Shown: positions 22,401-37,079 of the stretch, one piece after another | Layout of the letters: every line of letters starts with the position of its first letter | Numbering within the stretch: the stretch's first letter is position 1 | DNA from: Candidatus Rifleibacteriota bacterium | Lineage (GTDB): Bacteria; Muiribacteriota; Ozemobacteria; Ozemobacterales; Ozemobacteraceae | Reading direction: 5' to 3' | DNA: 64,000 nt | Assembly: GCA_015233565.1 (NCBI GenBank) | Contig: JADFXM010000043.1 | Location: forward strand, 44-64,043 | Program-made: the position numbers and the translations under genes | Notes under the pieces: model-generated | Databases searched by the model: none | What the model was told of the DNA's origin: nothing | What the model saw: only the letters and a program-made list of their open reading frames with translations

Positions 22401-24002
22401 GGGGTAGGCCTTATTTCTCCTCCGCCACATCATGACATCTATTCCATCGAAGATCTGGGGCAGTTGATTTACGATTTGAAGAATGTGAATCCGACTGCGA
22501 GAATCTCAGTAAAACTGGTTTCAGAAGTTGGTGTCGGAACAGTGGCAGCGGGAGTTGCAAAAGCACACGCGGATATAATTCTCATCAGCGGTGACTGCGG
22601 TGGGACAGGCGCTTCCCCGCTAACATCGATCAAACACGCCGGAATTCCGTGGGAACTCGGTCTTGCAGAAACCCAGCAAACGTTAGTAATGAACGACTTG
22701 CGTAGTCGTGTTAGATTGCAAACAGACGGGAAAATTCAGACAGGTCGCGATGTTGTTGTCGCTGCTTTACTGGGTGCGGAAGAATTTGGTTTTTCAACAG
22801 CACCGCTAATTTCGATGGGATGTTTAATGATGCGCAAATGTCATCTCAATACATGTCCTGTAGGAATTGCAACGCAGAATCCTGAACTGAGAAAAAAATT
22901 CACTGGCACTCCGGAACACGTCATCAATTTCTTTTTCTTTATCGCGAACGAAGTGCGTGAAATCATGGCTAAACTCGGTTTTCGTACAGTCGATGAAATG
23001 ATTGGGCGCGTTGACATTCTGCAACAACGCAAGGATATCGACCATTGGAAGGCTAAAGGGATCGATCTTTCTTCTATTCTTCATCGGCCTACCGTGCCCT
23101 TAAGGATCGGACAACGTTGGATGATTCCTCAAGATCATGGTATTCATGAGGCTCTCGACAATCAAATTATTGAGAAGACAAAAGAGGCTCTTGAGGAGAA
23201 AAAATCGATTGAACTATCGCTTCCAATCAGAAGTGTGCATCGAACTGCCGGTGCATTACTGAGCGGACGCATTGCAAAATCTTATGGTGCAGAAGGATTA
23301 CCGGACAACACAATCAAAATTTATTTCACCGGTTCGGCAGGACAAAGTTTCGGAGCATTTCTTTCAAAGGGCGTTACGTTGACCCTGGAAGGAGATGCAA
23401 ACGATTATGTCGGAAAAGGCCTGTCAGGAGGGAGAATAATCATTTATCCTCCAAAAAATTCCAGCTTTGTTCCGGAGGATAATTCTATAGTTGGTAATGT
23501 TGTTTTATATGGCGCTACAAGCGGTGAAGCGTATTTTTCCGGGAAAGCGGGAGAGCGATTTGCAGTCAGAAATTCAGGAGCAACTGTTGTGGTAGAGTCT
23601 GTCGGCGCAAACGGATGCGAGTATATGACCAACGGGATTGTCGTTGTACTCGGTAAAGCGGGAAAGAATTTTGCGGCTGGAATGTCTGGTGGACATGCTT
23701 TTGTTTTGGATGAAAACGGAGAATTTGATTTAAAAATGTGCAATAAAACCATGGTTGATCTCGAAAGATTAAAGGATGAAGATGAACGCCTAGTTCAAAA
23801 TCTTATAAAGAAACACATAGAACTGACCGGAAGCAAACGCGGACAAAAAATTCTTGATGACTGGAAAGTCTTTGGCGAAAAATTTGTGAAAGTGTTTCCA
23901 CACGATTACAAACGTGTTTTGAATTCTACAAAACAAAAATCAAAAGAGCAAGCAGAAGTCGTGAAAATCAGCGACTCGGTTAAGGAGGTGGCAAATGGGT
24001 AA
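19425..24002 (+). CDS. gltB: Glutamate synthase large subunit
   Basis: 1525 aa. N-terminal amidotransferase domain with Cys1 (HDACGIGF), an FMN/Fe-S central domain, and a C-terminal GXGXG-type domain. The small subunit gene follows immediately. Confidence 0.95.
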   Translation: MNMKEPYQQQNFPLYEPRNEHDACGIGFIVNINGKRSHDIVTKGIEILINLTHRGASGCDPETGDGAGITIQIPHKFFAKECKKTGIILPDEGEYGIGMVFLPVTQSSRLVCEGIIERIVREEGLSVLGWRDTPVGADAIGRIARASQPYIEQIFIRRAEGMTREEFDRKLYVVRKCVEVELYSSNIKEKDFFYIPSLSSRVIVYKGLLLAPQIAQFYVDLLDPDTESQLCLVHQRFSTNTLPNWQLAHPFRFVSHNGEINTMRGNVSWMCARQSVLKSDLFGDDFKKLIPIISPNGSDSAALDNAVEMLYHAGRSLPHVMAMLIPEAWNHDVTMSPEKKAFFEYHASLMEPWDGPAAVAFTDGKIIGATLDRNGLRPVRYIETHDGLLIMASEVGVLPIEPERVKVKGRLEPGKILFVDLEQKRVLFDDEIKSQLSALQPYGAWIKENQLTLEQLAEPPRAHMLSEKDIVQRQRMFGYSDEDLRMIITPMVVNGEEAIGSMGADTPLACLSDKPQSLFSYFKQLFAQVTNPPIDPIREEFIMSLTSYIGTERNILAETPLHCHTLKLQHPILYNTELEKLRRVSQGDFLTTTLPMLFRVNGGEPELERALAGLCRRSSLAIESGYSIIILSDRGSDEEYAPIPSLLALTAVHNHLVREKTRTQVALVVESGEPREVMHYCLLIGYGASAVNPYLAIETIEYLANKGRLPKDIATKDALRNYKKAVGKGLLKVFSKMGISTLQSYRGAQIFEVIGLNKKVVEKYFHGTASRIEGIGLDVLVEEARRKHQFAFQPLLEVDTELELGGNYHFRISGERHLINPETVIKLQQSVRKKDFKTFKEYTSLLNDQNKEFFTLRGLMEFKEGTRSVPLDEVEPVEQIVKRFVTGAMSFGSISKEAHETIAIAMNRIGGKSNTGEGGEDEARFSADANGDLRRSAIKQVASGRFGVTTNFLVNADEIQIKMAQGAKPGEGGQLPGFKVDEVIAKTRHSIAGVGLISPPPHHDIYSIEDLGQLIYDLKNVNPTARISVKLVSEVGVGTVAAGVAKAHADIILISGDCGGTGASPLTSIKHAGIPWELGLAETQQTLVMNDLRSRVRLQTDGKIQTGRDVVVAALLGAEEFGFSTAPLISMGCLMMRKCHLNTCPVGIATQNPELRKKFTGTPEHVINFFFFIANEVREIMAKLGFRTVDEMIGRVDILQQRKDIDHWKAKGIDLSSILHRPTVPLRIGQRWMIPQDHGIHEALDNQIIEKTKEALEEKKSIELSLPIRSVHRTAGALLSGRIAKSYGAEGLPDNTIKIYFTGSAGQSFGAFLSKGVTLTLEGDANDYVGKGLSGGRIIIYPPKNSSFVPEDNSIVGNVVLYGATSGEAYFSGKAGERFAVRNSGATVVVESVGANGCEYMTNGIVVVLGKAGKNFAAGMSGGHAFVLDENGEFDLKMCNKTMVDLERLKDEDERLVQNLIKKHIELTGSKRGQKILDDWKVFGEKFVKVFPHDYKRVLNSTKQKSKEQAEVVKISDSVKEVANG

Positions 24003-25419
24003 ACCGACCGGATTTTTAGAATATTCACGTGAAGTTCCGCAACGTCGTCCTGTTTTAGAGCGCTTGGAAGATTGGAATGAGGTTTATATTCCTTTCTCTG
24101 AAGAAAAAGCAAAAACGCAAAGCGCGCGCTGTATGGATTGCGGGATACCCTTCTGTCATACAGGCTGTCCACTTAACAATGTTATTCCACATTGGAATGA
24201 TCTAATTTACAAAGATCGGTGGAAAGAAGCGATTCGGGTTCTGCATTCGACAAATAATTTTCCCGAGTTCACCGGAACTGTTTGCCCTGCACTATGCGAA
24301 TCATCTTGTGTATTGGGAATCAACGAATCGCCGGTGTCCGTTAAAGCCATTGAACGTTCAATCATTGAATATGCTTTTCAGCACGGATGGATAACGCCCG
24401 AATCCCCAAAAAAGCGGACTGAAAAAACTGTTGCAGTGGTCGGTTCAGGACCTTCAGGATTGGCAGCTGCACAACAGTTGAATCGAGCAGGACATCGCGT
24501 AACTGTTTATGAAAAGAATGCTCATATCGGTGGATTGCTCCGATACGGTGTTCCTGATTTCAAATTTGAAAAAAATGTTCTCAATCGCCGTATCGAGCAA
24601 TTGCAGGAAGAAGGAATTGTCTTTATAACCAAGAAAAATGTCGGAGTGGATATTTCCGCACAAGAATTACGTCGTTCCTATGATGCGATCTTGTTATGTG
24701 GTGGTACCGAAGCTTCGCGCGACTTAAAAGTGCCTGGACGAGGATTGAAAGGTATCAATTTCGCTATGGAGTTTCTTCCTCAACAAAATCGCCGTATTGC
24801 CGGGGAAAAAACAGATCCAGAAAAAGATCTTTTTGCCACGGGAAAACGGGTCATAGTAATCGGAGGGGGCGATACGGGGGCGGATTGTCTTGGAACAAGT
24901 CTGCGTCAAAAAGCAGCATCTGTTCATCAATTTGAAATAATGCCGAAGCCGCCTCTTGAGAGAGCACTTTCAACACCGTGGCCGCTCTGGCCGCTTAAAT
25001 TGCGGACCGAGAGTTCACACGAAGAAGGTGGAATTCGTGAGTGGGGGCTTGCGACGACAAAATTTGAAGGCAATGCAAATGGAATTGTTACTAAGCTTCA
25101 CGCAATTCGTGTGGGACCACCGCCGGATTTTCATCCTGTGGCAGGAACGGAATTCTCGCTGGATGCCGATCTGGTAATACTTGCTATGGGCTTCAGTGGC
25201 CCTGCACAAAACGGGTTGCTAGATGAACTTGGTGTTGCTCTTGATACCCCCAGTACGGTTTCAACCGATAAAGAATTTATGAGCACGGTTCCTGGAATTT
25301 TCTCAGCGGGGGATATGCGGCGCGGGCAATCGCTTGTCGTGTGGGCAATCAGCGAAGGCCGCAACGCGGCCCGCTGTATTGATAAGTATTTGATGGGAGC
25401 GTCTAGTTTGCCTTCTTGA
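23995..25419 (+). CDS. gltD: Glutamate synthase small subunit (NADPH-dependent)
   Basis: 474 aa. Fe-S Cys clusters ([15 protein letters not shown]), dinucleotide-binding GxGxxG ([23 protein letters not shown]). Overlaps the gltB stop. Confidence 0.9.
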   Translation: MGKPTGFLEYSREVPQRRPVLERLEDWNEVYIPFSEEKAKTQSARCMDCGIPFCHTGCPLNNVIPHWNDLIYKDRWKEAIRVLHSTNNFPEFTGTVCPALCESSCVLGINESPVSVKAIERSIIEYAFQHGWITPESPKKRTEKTVAVVGSGPSGLAAAQQLNRAGHRVTVYEKNAHIGGLLRYGVPDFKFEKNVLNRRIEQLQEEGIVFITKKNVGVDISAQELRRSYDAILLCGGTEASRDLKVPGRGLKGINFAMEFLPQQNRRIAGEKTDPEKDLFATGKRVIVIGGGDTGADCLGTSLRQKAASVHQFEIMPKPPLERALSTPWPLWPLKLRTESSHEEGGIREWGLATTKFEGNANGIVTKLHAIRVGPPPDFHPVAGTEFSLDADLVILAMGFSGPAQNGLLDELGVALDTPSTVSTDKEFMSTVPGIFSAGDMRRGQSLVVWAISEGRNAARCIDKYLMGASSLPS

Positions 25420-25830
25420 CAGGGATTTGCTTTTTTCACTTCATAGTAGCATGTTCGACTTTGGCTATGTAAAACCTTAATCCGGAAGGAATAATGATTA
25501 AACTGAGAAACAAACTTTTCCAGGAAGATTTTGCGATTCATTGAACCAACTATAAAGATGAAAAATCCTGTCGGGAGACATTCCTGATTGACAAGTTCAA
25601 AACAGAAACATTCTTTGAAACCCAACTAAGTGGAGATCGATGGCATATAATTTGCTTATTATTGTTTTATTCGCATTTATGGGCTGAAATTATTATTTTC
25701 TGCGCAAAATTTGCGCAAAATTTTGCCGGTTTCGTAAGTGCGAAAAGCAAAGAATGGGCAAAAAAGTTACTTTTTTCCATTTACAAGCTTGCCAAAATGG
25801 GTCAAAAACGTTGTCAGTTGAGGAACAATT

Positions 25831-27597
25831 ATGCAATCCAGCTGTTCATTCAGATTTGTGAACAAAAAATTAATCATGAACTTACGGGATCGGGTTTGTG
25901 AGACATCCGAGGAATTGATTTCAAGTGAATTGTTTGTTGAAGTTCTTGAACGTTACGTCAACAAGCTCAGGAGCAAACGGGTTTCACTTCTGAAAATATT
26001 CGGAAAACCTGTTGAAGAAATAGGGAAAGATGACATAAATGAGCTTGTGAAAGTTTTTTGTGTGTTGGTGAAAATGCCAATCAATGCAGTCACAAAACTG
26101 ATTGAAAATTCTGAATGCTTTGCCCGAAATCCCTCGCTTCTACTATCTTTTGTCGACGGTCTGTACAATTTCTGGAGACAATTCGAACGTTTTATAATAT
26201 GTGATTCAACTGGTGACCATCTTCATAAACGTCCATATAGAACATTCAATTCCACGATTGAGTCGCTTACCCACCTTGTACTGCAAACTTATCGAAGTGC
26301 AGGCGAGAATATCAGCGGACAGCACCCGAACATTTATCGCCAGGTTACAGCTGGAGCAGAAGTGGCTGTTATCGCGCTTCCAAGGGAAGTGAAAATTTCC
26401 GGTGGAAGTTATCAACAGCTGAATGCCGTTCCGATGATAAGGCAATTGCTGCTTTATCCGCCCCTACTTTTAAATCCACCGATGAATAAACGCACCGGAA
26501 AATTTGAAAAGGTAGAAAAGAATCCTCTGGAATTGCTTAAAATAAATCCTTCCGAATGGTTGTGCTATCCGGCCAAAGTTGGTATCCAACTGATTCTGGT
26601 ATATATACACCAGAATTTCTTTGAACTCGGATTCTCTTTGTGCAATTTATTCGAACTCGCTGACGACGATTTTTTAAATCGCCCAGTTGACGCCGTATTT
26701 CTTTTCGGGGTTCCGGGAAATGAGCTCGACTCAATGGCTTCGATTCCCACTGTGTTTTTTGATGACCATGAAAAAGGATTGATTTCAGCTGCATGTCCGA
26801 GTAAAGACGAGTTTGGTTATTTTGGTTATTTGAAAAAAATGGTACTGACGCTTCATAATATTAAAGTGATGAAAAACAAAAAAATGCCATATCATGGAGC
26901 AATGATAAATATTACAACCAAAGGAAACAGGTCAAAAACAATTCTTATCATCGGTGATACAGGCGCGGGAAAATCCGAGACCATCGAAGCGCTACGGATA
27001 TTTGGGGATTCACAGATAGAAGAAATCACCATAATTGCTGATGACATGGGATCACTCGACATTACATCTGAGGGAGATGTAGTTGGCTATGGCACAGAAG
27101 TGGGAGCATTTGTGAGACTCGATGATCTTCAGGCAGGTTATGCTTTTGGGCAGCTTGATCGTTCAATAATAATGAATCCCAATCAAACTAACGCCAGAAT
27201 AATCCTTCCGGTAACTACATATGACAAAATCGTAGCAGGATTCAAAGTGGATACCGTTTTATACGCGAACAATTACGAGCAGGTAGATGGGGAGCATCCC
27301 ATAATAGAGCGCCTCCGCACTCCTCAGAACGCTCTTAATGTTTTTCGCAAAGGAACAGCGATGAGCAAAGGGACCACAACTTCAACGGGACTTGTACATA
27401 CTTACTTCGTAAATGTCTTTGGCCCTGTTCAGTATTGTGATTTGCACGATGAAATTGCAAAAACTTACTTTGAAAAATTTTTTGAAAACAACATCTTCGT
27501 CGGACAGTTGCGAACCAGGCTCGGTATCAGTAATTGGGAAAGAAGAGGGCCTGAAGAGGCTGCCAAAGCCCTCCTACTTCAGCTAGCAGAAGCTTAA
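25831..27597 (+). CDS. Hypothetical protein with a C-terminal HPr kinase/phosphorylase-like P-loop domain
   Basis: The segment YHGAMINITTKGNRSKTILIIGDTGAGKSETIEAL...IADDMGSL aligns with the HprK Walker-A region (HG..v...G.GvLItGdSGiGKSEtalEL...ADD). The roughly 350-aa N-terminal part is unassigned. Confidence 0.5.
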   Translation: MQSSCSFRFVNKKLIMNLRDRVCETSEELISSELFVEVLERYVNKLRSKRVSLLKIFGKPVEEIGKDDINELVKVFCVLVKMPINAVTKLIENSECFARNPSLLLSFVDGLYNFWRQFERFIICDSTGDHLHKRPYRTFNSTIESLTHLVLQTYRSAGENISGQHPNIYRQVTAGAEVAVIALPREVKISGGSYQQLNAVPMIRQLLLYPPLLLNPPMNKRTGKFEKVEKNPLELLKINPSEWLCYPAKVGIQLILVYIHQNFFELGFSLCNLFELADDDFLNRPVDAVFLFGVPGNELDSMASIPTVFFDDHEKGLISAACPSKDEFGYFGYLKKMVLTLHNIKVMKNKKMPYHGAMINITTKGNRSKTILIIGDTGAGKSETIEALRIFGDSQIEEITIIADDMGSLDITSEGDVVGYGTEVGAFVRLDDLQAGYAFGQLDRSIIMNPNQTNARIILPVTTYDKIVAGFKVDTVLYANNYEQVDGEHPIIERLRTPQNALNVFRKGTAMSKGTTTSTGLVHTYFVNVFGPVQYCDLHDEIAKTYFEKFFENNIFVGQLRTRLGISNWERRGPEEAAKALLLQLAEA

Positions 27598-27731
27598 GAA
27601 ATACAACCAAAATGCTACTGTGTCTAATTTCCTGACTTCCCGCTAAAAGTTTAACCTACATTTAATGATGGCTTTGTAGAGAATGAGGAATTCCCAAATT
27701 TTGCTAAAGATCGAATAAAAAGGAAAACGCG

Positions 27732-29402
27732 GTGAACGGTTCTCAAACATTGATAAAAGCTCTTGAAAAAAATGGTGTCGAATACATTTTTGGTCTCCCT
27801 GGTGGAGCCATTATCTCTATCTTTGATGCTTTGGTCGAAACGACAATCAAGTTGATTATGGTAAGGCATGAACAAGGGGCAACCCATATGGCTGATGGTT
27901 ATGCACGGGCCTCAGGAAAACCTGGGGTTGTTTTGGTGACCAGCGGCCCAGGGGCTACGAATGCAGTGACCGGTATCATGACGGCCCAGATAGACTCTGT
28001 TCCGATGGTGGTGATTTGTGGACAGACGTCCACTTCGAACTTAGGATTGGATGCCTTTCAGGAGACGGATATTTTCGGCATCACTATGCCGGTTGTGAAG
28101 CACAACTACCTTGTCAATGACCCCGATGATATCCCTCGCATTGTTTCGGAAGCCTTCTATATCGCCAGCACAGGGCGACCCGGGGTAGTTCTCATTGAAA
28201 TTCCTAAGGATGTAAGTTGTTGTGAGTGTCATATCAACGAGAATGCAAAGTTGGATGTAGAAATCCCAGGCTATCGCCTTCCTCCTCCACCCGACGAAAA
28301 AAAAGTGAAAAATTTGGCCAAACTGATTCTGGAAAGCAAAAAGCCCCTTCTGCTCATTGGCCATGGGGCTATTATTTCCGGAGCCCAGGATGAGATCAAA
28401 ACCTTGGCGGAAACGTTGCAGTCTCCCGTTGTCAATACTCTTTTGGGGAAAGGTGGTTTTCCGGAGACTCATCCCTTGTCTTTGGGTATGGCGGGAATGC
28501 ATGGTTCTTATTACGCTAATTATGCCTTGATGAATTGCGACATGATACTTTCCATCGGCTCACGGTGGAACGACAGAGTAAACGGTGATTCTAAGAATTT
28601 CTGCCCTAACGCTAAAAAACTCCATATTGATATTGATCCCGCTGAGATAAATAAAATTGTTTTTCCCGATGGTTTTTGCATTGCTGATGCTAAGGCAGTC
28701 GTGAGAGACCTCATTCCTCAATTAAAGACACTGGATACAAACGATTGGCTCAATGATCTGAGGGTTCAAAGGGAAAATCACCCCCTGATGCCTGCTGAAG
28801 GTGGACTTAATGCGGCTTGCGTTATCCAAGAGTTTTTCAAGCTTTCGAAGGGGAAAGCCATAGTCGCCACTGACGTAGGTCAGCACCAAATGTGGGCGGC
28901 TCAATTTTTTCTCATTGATGAAAAAAACACCTGGTTGTCTTCGGGTGGCGCGGGAACGATGGGTTATGGTTTTCCTGCAGCCATCGGTGCGCAGCTTGCT
29001 TGCCCGGAAAAGACCGTCATTGCCTTTGTGGGAGATGGTGGATTTCAAATGACTTTTGCCGAGCTAGCCACGGCAGCCAACAATAAATTGCCGATAAAGA
29101 TAGTCATCCTCGATAATAAATACTTGGGAATGGTCAGGCAGTGGCAGCAAATTTTCTTTGACAACCGCCTGAGCGGAGTGGAATTGGACGGAAATCCGGA
29201 TTTTGTAAAAATCGGTGAGGCTTACGGCATAAAAGGCTTTCATCTCAAGGAAAGGAAAGACGTTGAGAGTATTTTAAGCCAAGCTCTTCAGTATAAAGAA
29301 GGCCCATGTCTTATACATGCGGAGGTGCTTAGGCAGGAAAATGTCTTTCCGATGATTCCCGCAGGACGCTCAGCCCATCATATAATGATGGAAGAACCTT
29401 GA
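27732..29402 (+). CDS. ilvB: Acetolactate synthase large subunit (biosynthetic)
   Basis: Typical ThDP-enzyme N-terminus ([22 protein letters not shown]) and the GDGGFQM ThDP-binding motif. Followed by a regulatory subunit gene. Confidence 0.9.
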   Translation: MNGSQTLIKALEKNGVEYIFGLPGGAIISIFDALVETTIKLIMVRHEQGATHMADGYARASGKPGVVLVTSGPGATNAVTGIMTAQIDSVPMVVICGQTSTSNLGLDAFQETDIFGITMPVVKHNYLVNDPDDIPRIVSEAFYIASTGRPGVVLIEIPKDVSCCECHINENAKLDVEIPGYRLPPPPDEKKVKNLAKLILESKKPLLLIGHGAIISGAQDEIKTLAETLQSPVVNTLLGKGGFPETHPLSLGMAGMHGSYYANYALMNCDMILSIGSRWNDRVNGDSKNFCPNAKKLHIDIDPAEINKIVFPDGFCIADAKAVVRDLIPQLKTLDTNDWLNDLRVQRENHPLMPAEGGLNAACVIQEFFKLSKGKAIVATDVGQHQMWAAQFFLIDEKNTWLSSGGAGTMGYGFPAAIGAQLACPEKTVIAFVGDGGFQMTFAELATAANNKLPIKIVILDNKYLGMVRQWQQIFFDNRLSGVELDGNPDFVKIGEAYGIKGFHLKERKDVESILSQALQYKEGPCLIHAEVLRQENVFPMIPAGRSAHHIMMEEP

Positions 29403-29471
29403 TTTTTTGCCTTCTTCAATGGGAGTTTGCAGTTTAATGTGGTTTTTCTAAGTGATGATAGGAGAAAAAAG

Positions 29472-29990
29472 ATGTCTACACCAACACAATATCAAAATTC
29501 CGAAAATTTACACAATTTCAGCCTGATCGTGGCCAATAATCCGGGGGTATTGGTGAGAGTGGCTCTGATCTTTTCTCGAAGGGGGTATAATATCGAATCT
29601 CTTGTGGTATCACCGACCAAGTTACAGAAATTTTCTCGAATGATGATCACAGCCCGTGGAGAGCCTTCTCGTTTTGAACAGATAACGAAACAAATTTCCA
29701 AACTTGTGGATGTCATTGAGGTCGAAGAGCACAACAAAGAAGACATTCTCAAAAAAGAACTCATGTTCGTGAAAGTGGGTACCCAAGAGGATAAAAGAAA
29801 GGAACTTTTTCAGATCGTCAGCGAAAATCACGGAGAGATACTGGACTTTAATTTTCAGTTTACGGTTTTGCAGTTTATCAACAATAAAGACCGCCTTGAT
29901 GGGATTATGAGCAGGCTTGAGGGATTTGAAATCTTTGAAGCAGCACGCAGCGGATGTCTTGCCATGTCGCTCAATCATTCATGCCTTTAG
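29472..29990 (+). CDS. ilvN: Acetolactate synthase small (regulatory, ACT-domain) subunit
   Basis: ACT-domain signature (SLIVANNPGVLVRVALIFSRRGYNIESL). The start was chosen at ATG 29472, preceded by GGAG. The track ORF begins upstream at 29427. Confidence 0.8.
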   Translation: MSTPTQYQNSENLHNFSLIVANNPGVLVRVALIFSRRGYNIESLVVSPTKLQKFSRMMITARGEPSRFEQITKQISKLVDVIEVEEHNKEDILKKELMFVKVGTQEDKRKELFQIVSENHGEILDFNFQFTVLQFINNKDRLDGIMSRLEGFEIFEAARSGCLAMSLNHSCL

Positions 29991-30020
29991 TTCAGAATCA
30001 CAAAAAACAAGGAGAACAAA

Positions 30021-32758
<2,738 letters not shown>

Positions 32759-32766
32759 GAGTTTTT

Positions 32767-32830
32767 GTGAGCGAAAAAAAATGTAATCATCTTTGACACC
32801 TCCCTGCGCGGTGGTGAACAGGCACTGGAA
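32767..32830 (+). pseudogene. leuA: 5' remnant of 2-isopropylmalate synthase gene (leuA), truncated after ~20 codons
   Basis: The translation VIIFDTSLRGGEQALE matches the LeuA N-terminus (E. coli [20 protein letters not shown]). An in-frame GTG start is recovered only if one A is removed from the A8 run at 32774-32781. Similarity ends after EQALE, and a stop follows about 65 codons later. Confidence 0.6.
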
Positions 32831-32997
32831 TTTTGGGCACACCAAAGGATCTATTTCGTAAATCTTTTGGATCAATCGGGCCCAGAAGCTGTGAAAAAAT
32901 ACCAAAAATCGGAAGAAAATCCAAGTGCTAAATGTCACAAACGACTGTTGGCGGGGTTATTCTGTAGTAATGGGTTGACAGCAATTAAGAGTTAAAA

Positions 32998-33036
32998 ATC
33001 CCCATAATCCCAATGAAGGATTGCGGGGATTTTTTC
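32998..33036 (+). terminator. Intrinsic terminator at the end of the ilv operon
   Basis: Imperfect stem-loop atcccc-at-aatcc[caatgaa]ggatt-gc-ggggat followed by tttttcttttt. Confidence 0.6.
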
Positions 33037-33074
33037 TTTTTCTGTTCGCGGTGGGCTAAGTACATACAAGAAAA

Positions 33075-33315
33075 AATATGCTTTAATTCGAAGTTCCAAA
33101 CGTGGTACATTGATAGAGCTCTGATGGAGCAGTGCAAGAAGGTGAAATTCGCGTTAATCAAAAAAGGACCCTGTCCATGTGAACCTTTGGATGTTCTCTT
33201 GAGATCATGATCTTCAAGGCATTACATGGACAGTTTTTTTTGGTGAAAAATAGGCTCAAACAATCATCCTACTTGTGCTTTATGCCATTTTAGACTTGGA
33301 ACTTCGGTTTAATGG
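33075..33315. repeat. ~240-bp repeat (family D), left copy of an inverted pair
   Basis: Its reverse complement is about 90-95% identical to 46488-46730. It contains a 10-bp inverted repeat ctgtccatgt...acatggacag (33171-33233) that encloses the palindrome gatcatgatc, flanked by an A-run and a T-run. Confidence 0.8.
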
Positions 33316-33413
33316 AAAGCTTGTTTTCTGCATCATTTTTTTGAAAGCATACAAGCAAAAAAAAGATTGAGCACAAATTAACTACGCTCAATCCCTCAAA
33401 TTGTGGGGAAATT

Positions 33414-33571
33414 ATACCAATCCCAAAAAATATGTGCATCACCCCAAGAACATTGATTTGATCAAAATGAAGTTGGATCGGTATATTTTCTGTATTTTCC
33501 AAGAAAACACGAAACTTTCATGAAAATAAGAGGCCCTTAGTGGATGGTTGAAGCATTCATTTCCGTCAGAC
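33414..33571. repeat. Dispersed repeat family C copy
   Basis: Direct match of about 85% to 63843-64000, the end of the window. The ORFs 33290..33502(-) and 63737..63922(-) lie in the two copies and are probably non-coding. Confidence 0.7.
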
Positions 33572-34019
33572 CCAACTTCAATTTCCTCAGACCTGAAGCA
33601 CGAATTAGGTCGGATGAGCGAACTAATTTAAATTGGTATTATATATGAAAAACCGCAGTAAATCAATATCTGAATATGTAAAATTGATTTTTATTACTTT
33701 GAAAACAACAAGAAAAAATTTTTTTTGGCTCGGTCAAAGCTATCTGAATTGGCGATGAACACGTTTTCGACAATCCGGTACAATTTCTGTCCAGTTAGAA
33801 AGAATCCGTGTCCCGAAGCTCCTTTTTTCTCCTTCCTAGTTCAACCCTCAGAAACAGTTTTTGGCTTCTTATTATAGAACCGGTTAAATTTCTGGATGTA
33901 AAATGTAAATATATATAATTTACATATTTTTCTTCATTTTTACTCCACAAAATCGATAATTTTTGTGATTTGTTAATTTAATTTTTTATATTTTCATGCA
34001 AGAGCCGAAAATTTACTCT

Positions 34020-34048
34020 TGACATATTTTTACTGAATAGGTTAAATT
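34020..34048 (+). promoter_or_regulatory. Candidate sigma-70-like promoter upstream of amt
   Basis: TTGACA-N17-TTAAAT, about 70 bp upstream of the amt start codon, in an AT-rich leader. Confidence 0.35.
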
Positions 34049-34120
34049 CGCTTGCACTAAATTTTCTATTACAGTTTTGATTTTTTTGTAAGTTTTCAAT
34101 TTTTTTTTCGGGAGAAAGAT

Positions 34121-35338
34121 ATGGCAACAAGCTTTAATTCAGGGGACGCCGCCTGGGTTCTCACGTCTTCAGCTTTAGTTTTATTAATGACACCAGGGTT
34201 ATCGTTTTTCTATGGAGGGATGGTTTCCAAGAAAAATGTAATTTCCACCATGTTTCAAAGTTTTATTTCAATGGGAATCACAAGTTTATTGTGGGTGATA
34301 TTCGGTTTTAGTCTGGCTTTTGGTGACAGTATCGGTGGATTCATTGGAAATCCCACAACTTTTTTCATGTTTAAAGGTGTAGAAGGCATTCCCAATGGTG
34401 CTTTTGCGACAACTATTCCTTTTGCTCTTTTTGCATTGTTTCAATTAAAATTTGCAATCATTACTCCCGCCCTTGTTACAGGTGCGTTCGCAGAAAGAGT
34501 AAAATTCAAAGCTTACATGATATTCATTGTTCTTTTCAGTACCCTGATTTATGCTCCAATCGCTCATTGGACTTGGCACCCTGATGGTTTTTTAAGAAAA
34601 TGGGGTGTCCTTGATTTTGCTGGTGGAACTGTGGTCCACATGTCAGCCGGTATTGCGGCTTTGGTGGCCGCCTGGATTTTTGGTCAAAGAAGTGCTGTTA
34701 TAGAAGATCCCAGCCATAGCCACGAACCGGCAAATATCCCCTATATACTTCTAGGGACCGGTATGCTTTGGTTTGGTTGGTTTGGATTTAATGGCGGTTC
34801 TTCCCTGGCAGCTACCGATGTGGCCGTGACCGCATTTTTAACAACCAATACAGCTTCAGCAGCTGCGATGCTAATGTGGCTTCTGATTGAAGTCCTGAGG
34901 GGAAATCAACCCTCAGCCATGGGGGCTTGCATCGGCGCCGTTGTGGGATTAGTAGCAATTACCCCAGCAGCTGGTTATGTAACTATTGGACACTCAATGA
35001 TCATTGGTGCCATTGCATCTTTTGCAAGTTACTATGCCGTAAAAATAAGCTCTAGAACTAACCTGGATGACACGTTGGATGTTTTTTCATGTCATGGTAT
35101 AGGCGGAATAACAGGAATGATATTAACTGGAATATTTGCAAAAAATGTTGGATTAATTTATGGGGAGTCAAGAACTTTCCTGTATCATCTACTAGCTGTT
35201 ATTATTGTGGGAGTTTACACCTCCGTAATGAGTTATATTTGTTTTAAAATCGTGGATGCTCTTATCCCGCTCCGAGTTAGTAAGGAGGAAGAAGACCAAG
35301 GACTGGATTTATCTCAACATGGTGAAGTTTACGCATAA
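34121..35338 (+). CDS. amt: Ammonium transporter (Amt family)
   Basis: 405 aa, 11-TM. The Amt N-terminus is conserved (DAAWVLTSSALVLLMTPGLSFFYGGMV). No adjacent P-II gene. Confidence 0.95.
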   Translation: MATSFNSGDAAWVLTSSALVLLMTPGLSFFYGGMVSKKNVISTMFQSFISMGITSLLWVIFGFSLAFGDSIGGFIGNPTTFFMFKGVEGIPNGAFATTIPFALFALFQLKFAIITPALVTGAFAERVKFKAYMIFIVLFSTLIYAPIAHWTWHPDGFLRKWGVLDFAGGTVVHMSAGIAALVAAWIFGQRSAVIEDPSHSHEPANIPYILLGTGMLWFGWFGFNGGSSLAATDVAVTAFLTTNTASAAAMLMWLLIEVLRGNQPSAMGACIGAVVGLVAITPAAGYVTIGHSMIIGAIASFASYYAVKISSRTNLDDTLDVFSCHGIGGITGMILTGIFAKNVGLIYGESRTFLYHLLAVIIVGVYTSVMSYICFKIVDALIPLRVSKEEEDQGLDLSQHGEVYA

Positions 35339-35497
35339 CTTTTTATTTTTCTGAATTAATAGTATTTGAGAAGTGGGAAATAGACCGGTGTTCAGGTCCG
35401 GAATCGGAAGGAAAAGTGTGCCGGGGAGCATCTAAGAAAGAATAACCTTCCCGAGTTCAACTGCCCTTCTCCGGGCAATCAGAATCAGAAAACCGTT

Positions 35498-35546
35498 AAA
35501 ATGCAGATGGAGTCGAAGAGCACAGTCTCGACTCCATCTGCATTTT
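35498..35546. terminator. Bidirectional intrinsic terminator between amt (+) and the aro operon (-)
   Basis: Perfect 19-bp stem aaaatgcagatggagtcga / tcgactccatctgcatttt with an 11-nt loop, A-run on one side and T-run on the other. Confidence 0.65.
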
Positions 35547-35717
35547 GGCAAGGGCTCTCCGAAATAACCTCTTAGCATGCTATGAGGCAAATTTCAACAA
35601 AAAAGGACAATACTCATGAAACCCGAGCATCAAGAATGGCTCGGTAAAATGTGGAGAATACTTGATCAAGCAACAGATGTGTCTTTAAAAAACAATAACA
35701 CGTTTGGTTACTAAGAC

Positions 35718-37079
35718 TCACCAACAAAGTTGAAACGCTAGTTCCAACGCCTGGCTGGCGTTCAACCGCGGGTCGCAAAGCGTAACATAATTGCCGGCTG
35801 CAAGGTTCTCCTCGGTGATCTCCTGATCACCCCCCGTGCATTCAACGACATCACGGCCAGTCAGTTCGAAATGCACACCACCGGCGTATGTTCCTTCGCT
35901 CTTGTGAATGTCAAAGAACTTCCGGACTTCGGCGAGTATATTCTTGAACGGCCGGGTCTTGAAGCCATTAGGCGCCACGACCGTATTTCCGTGCATCGGA
36001 TCGCAGCACCAGACGACATTCCGACCTTCACGACGTATGTGTCGAATTAACGTGGGCAAAGCCTTTTCAATCGTTTGATATCCCATTCTGGTTATGATAG
36101 TCAAGCGACCGGGATCGTTATCGGGGTTCAGGATATCGATCAGCTGCAGTAGCTCTTCCGAGGTGATACTGGGGCCGCATTTCAAGCCGATCGGGTTCCC
36201 CACTCCCCTCAGAAACTCCACGTGGGCGCCATCCGGTTGCCGGGTGCGTTCACCGATCCATAACATATGGGCTGAGCAGTCATACCAGTCACCTTCGTAA
36301 CCATGCGCCGGTCGTGCGGTGGTGCTGTCCCTTCGGGTCAATGCCTGTTCGTAATTTAGCAACAACGCTTCGTGCGAGGTATAGTATTCCACGACGCGGA
36401 TTTGGGGACTTGTTTCGGCCGTGATTCCGACCGCAGACATGAAGCCCAAGATCTCGTCCAAGCGGTTCGCGATGCTTTCGTATTGCGTCGACTGCGTGCT
36501 GCGTTTGACGAAATCCAGATTCCAATGATGAACCTTATGAAGATCGGCGTAACCACCATAAGCAAAAGCGCGAAGCAGATTGAGCGTCGAGGCCGCCTGG
36601 GAGTAAGCCCGTAGCATGCGCCCTGGCTCCGCCACGCGGGCGTCGCCATCGAATTCATAACCGTTTATTATATCGCCACGGTAGCTGGGCAAAGTAACGC
36701 CATCGCGGCTCTCGGTATCACCGGACCGTGGTTTCGCGAATTGCCCCGCCATCCGCCCGACTTTCACGACCGGCACCTTCTGCCGGAACATCAGAATTAC
36801 CGCCATCTGTAATAGGACACGAAACGTGTCACGGATGGTATTAGCGTTGAAGTCATCAAAACTTTCCGCACAGTCCCCTCCTTGAAGCAAAAACGCACGA
36901 CCCTGGCAGACCTTCGCCAGTCGCTCCTTAAGCTGTCGTGCTTCTCCGGCGAAAACCAACGGCGGGTACTGCGACAACTTCCGTTCCACGCAAGCTAAAT
37001 CCTTACTATCCGGATAAACGGGCACTTGTTGAATTCTTTTCTTCCGCCAGCTTTCGGGCGTCCAGATGATATTATTCAT
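35718..37079 (-). CDS. aroG: 3-deoxy-D-arabino-heptulosonate 7-phosphate synthase, class II (plant/actinobacterial type)
   Basis: 453 aa with the characteristic class II length and N-terminus (WTPESWRKK...VPVYPD...QGGDCAESF). Last gene of the high-GC operon. Confidence 0.9.
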   Translation of the reverse strand: MNNIIWTPESWRKKRIQQVPVYPDSKDLACVERKLSQYPPLVFAGEARQLKERLAKVCQGRAFLLQGGDCAESFDDFNANTIRDTFRVLLQMAVILMFRQKVPVVKVGRMAGQFAKPRSGDTESRDGVTLPSYRGDIINGYEFDGDARVAEPGRMLRAYSQAASTLNLLRAFAYGGYADLHKVHHWNLDFVKRSTQSTQYESIANRLDEILGFMSAVGITAETSPQIRVVEYYTSHEALLLNYEQALTRRDSTTARPAHGYEGDWYDCSAHMLWIGERTRQPDGAHVEFLRGVGNPIGLKCGPSITSEELLQLIDILNPDNDPGRLTIITRMGYQTIEKALPTLIRHIRREGRNVVWCCDPMHGNTVVAPNGFKTRPFKNILAEVRKFFDIHKSEGTYAGGVHFELTGRDVVECTGGDQEITEENLAAGNYVTLCDPRLNASQALELAFQLCW

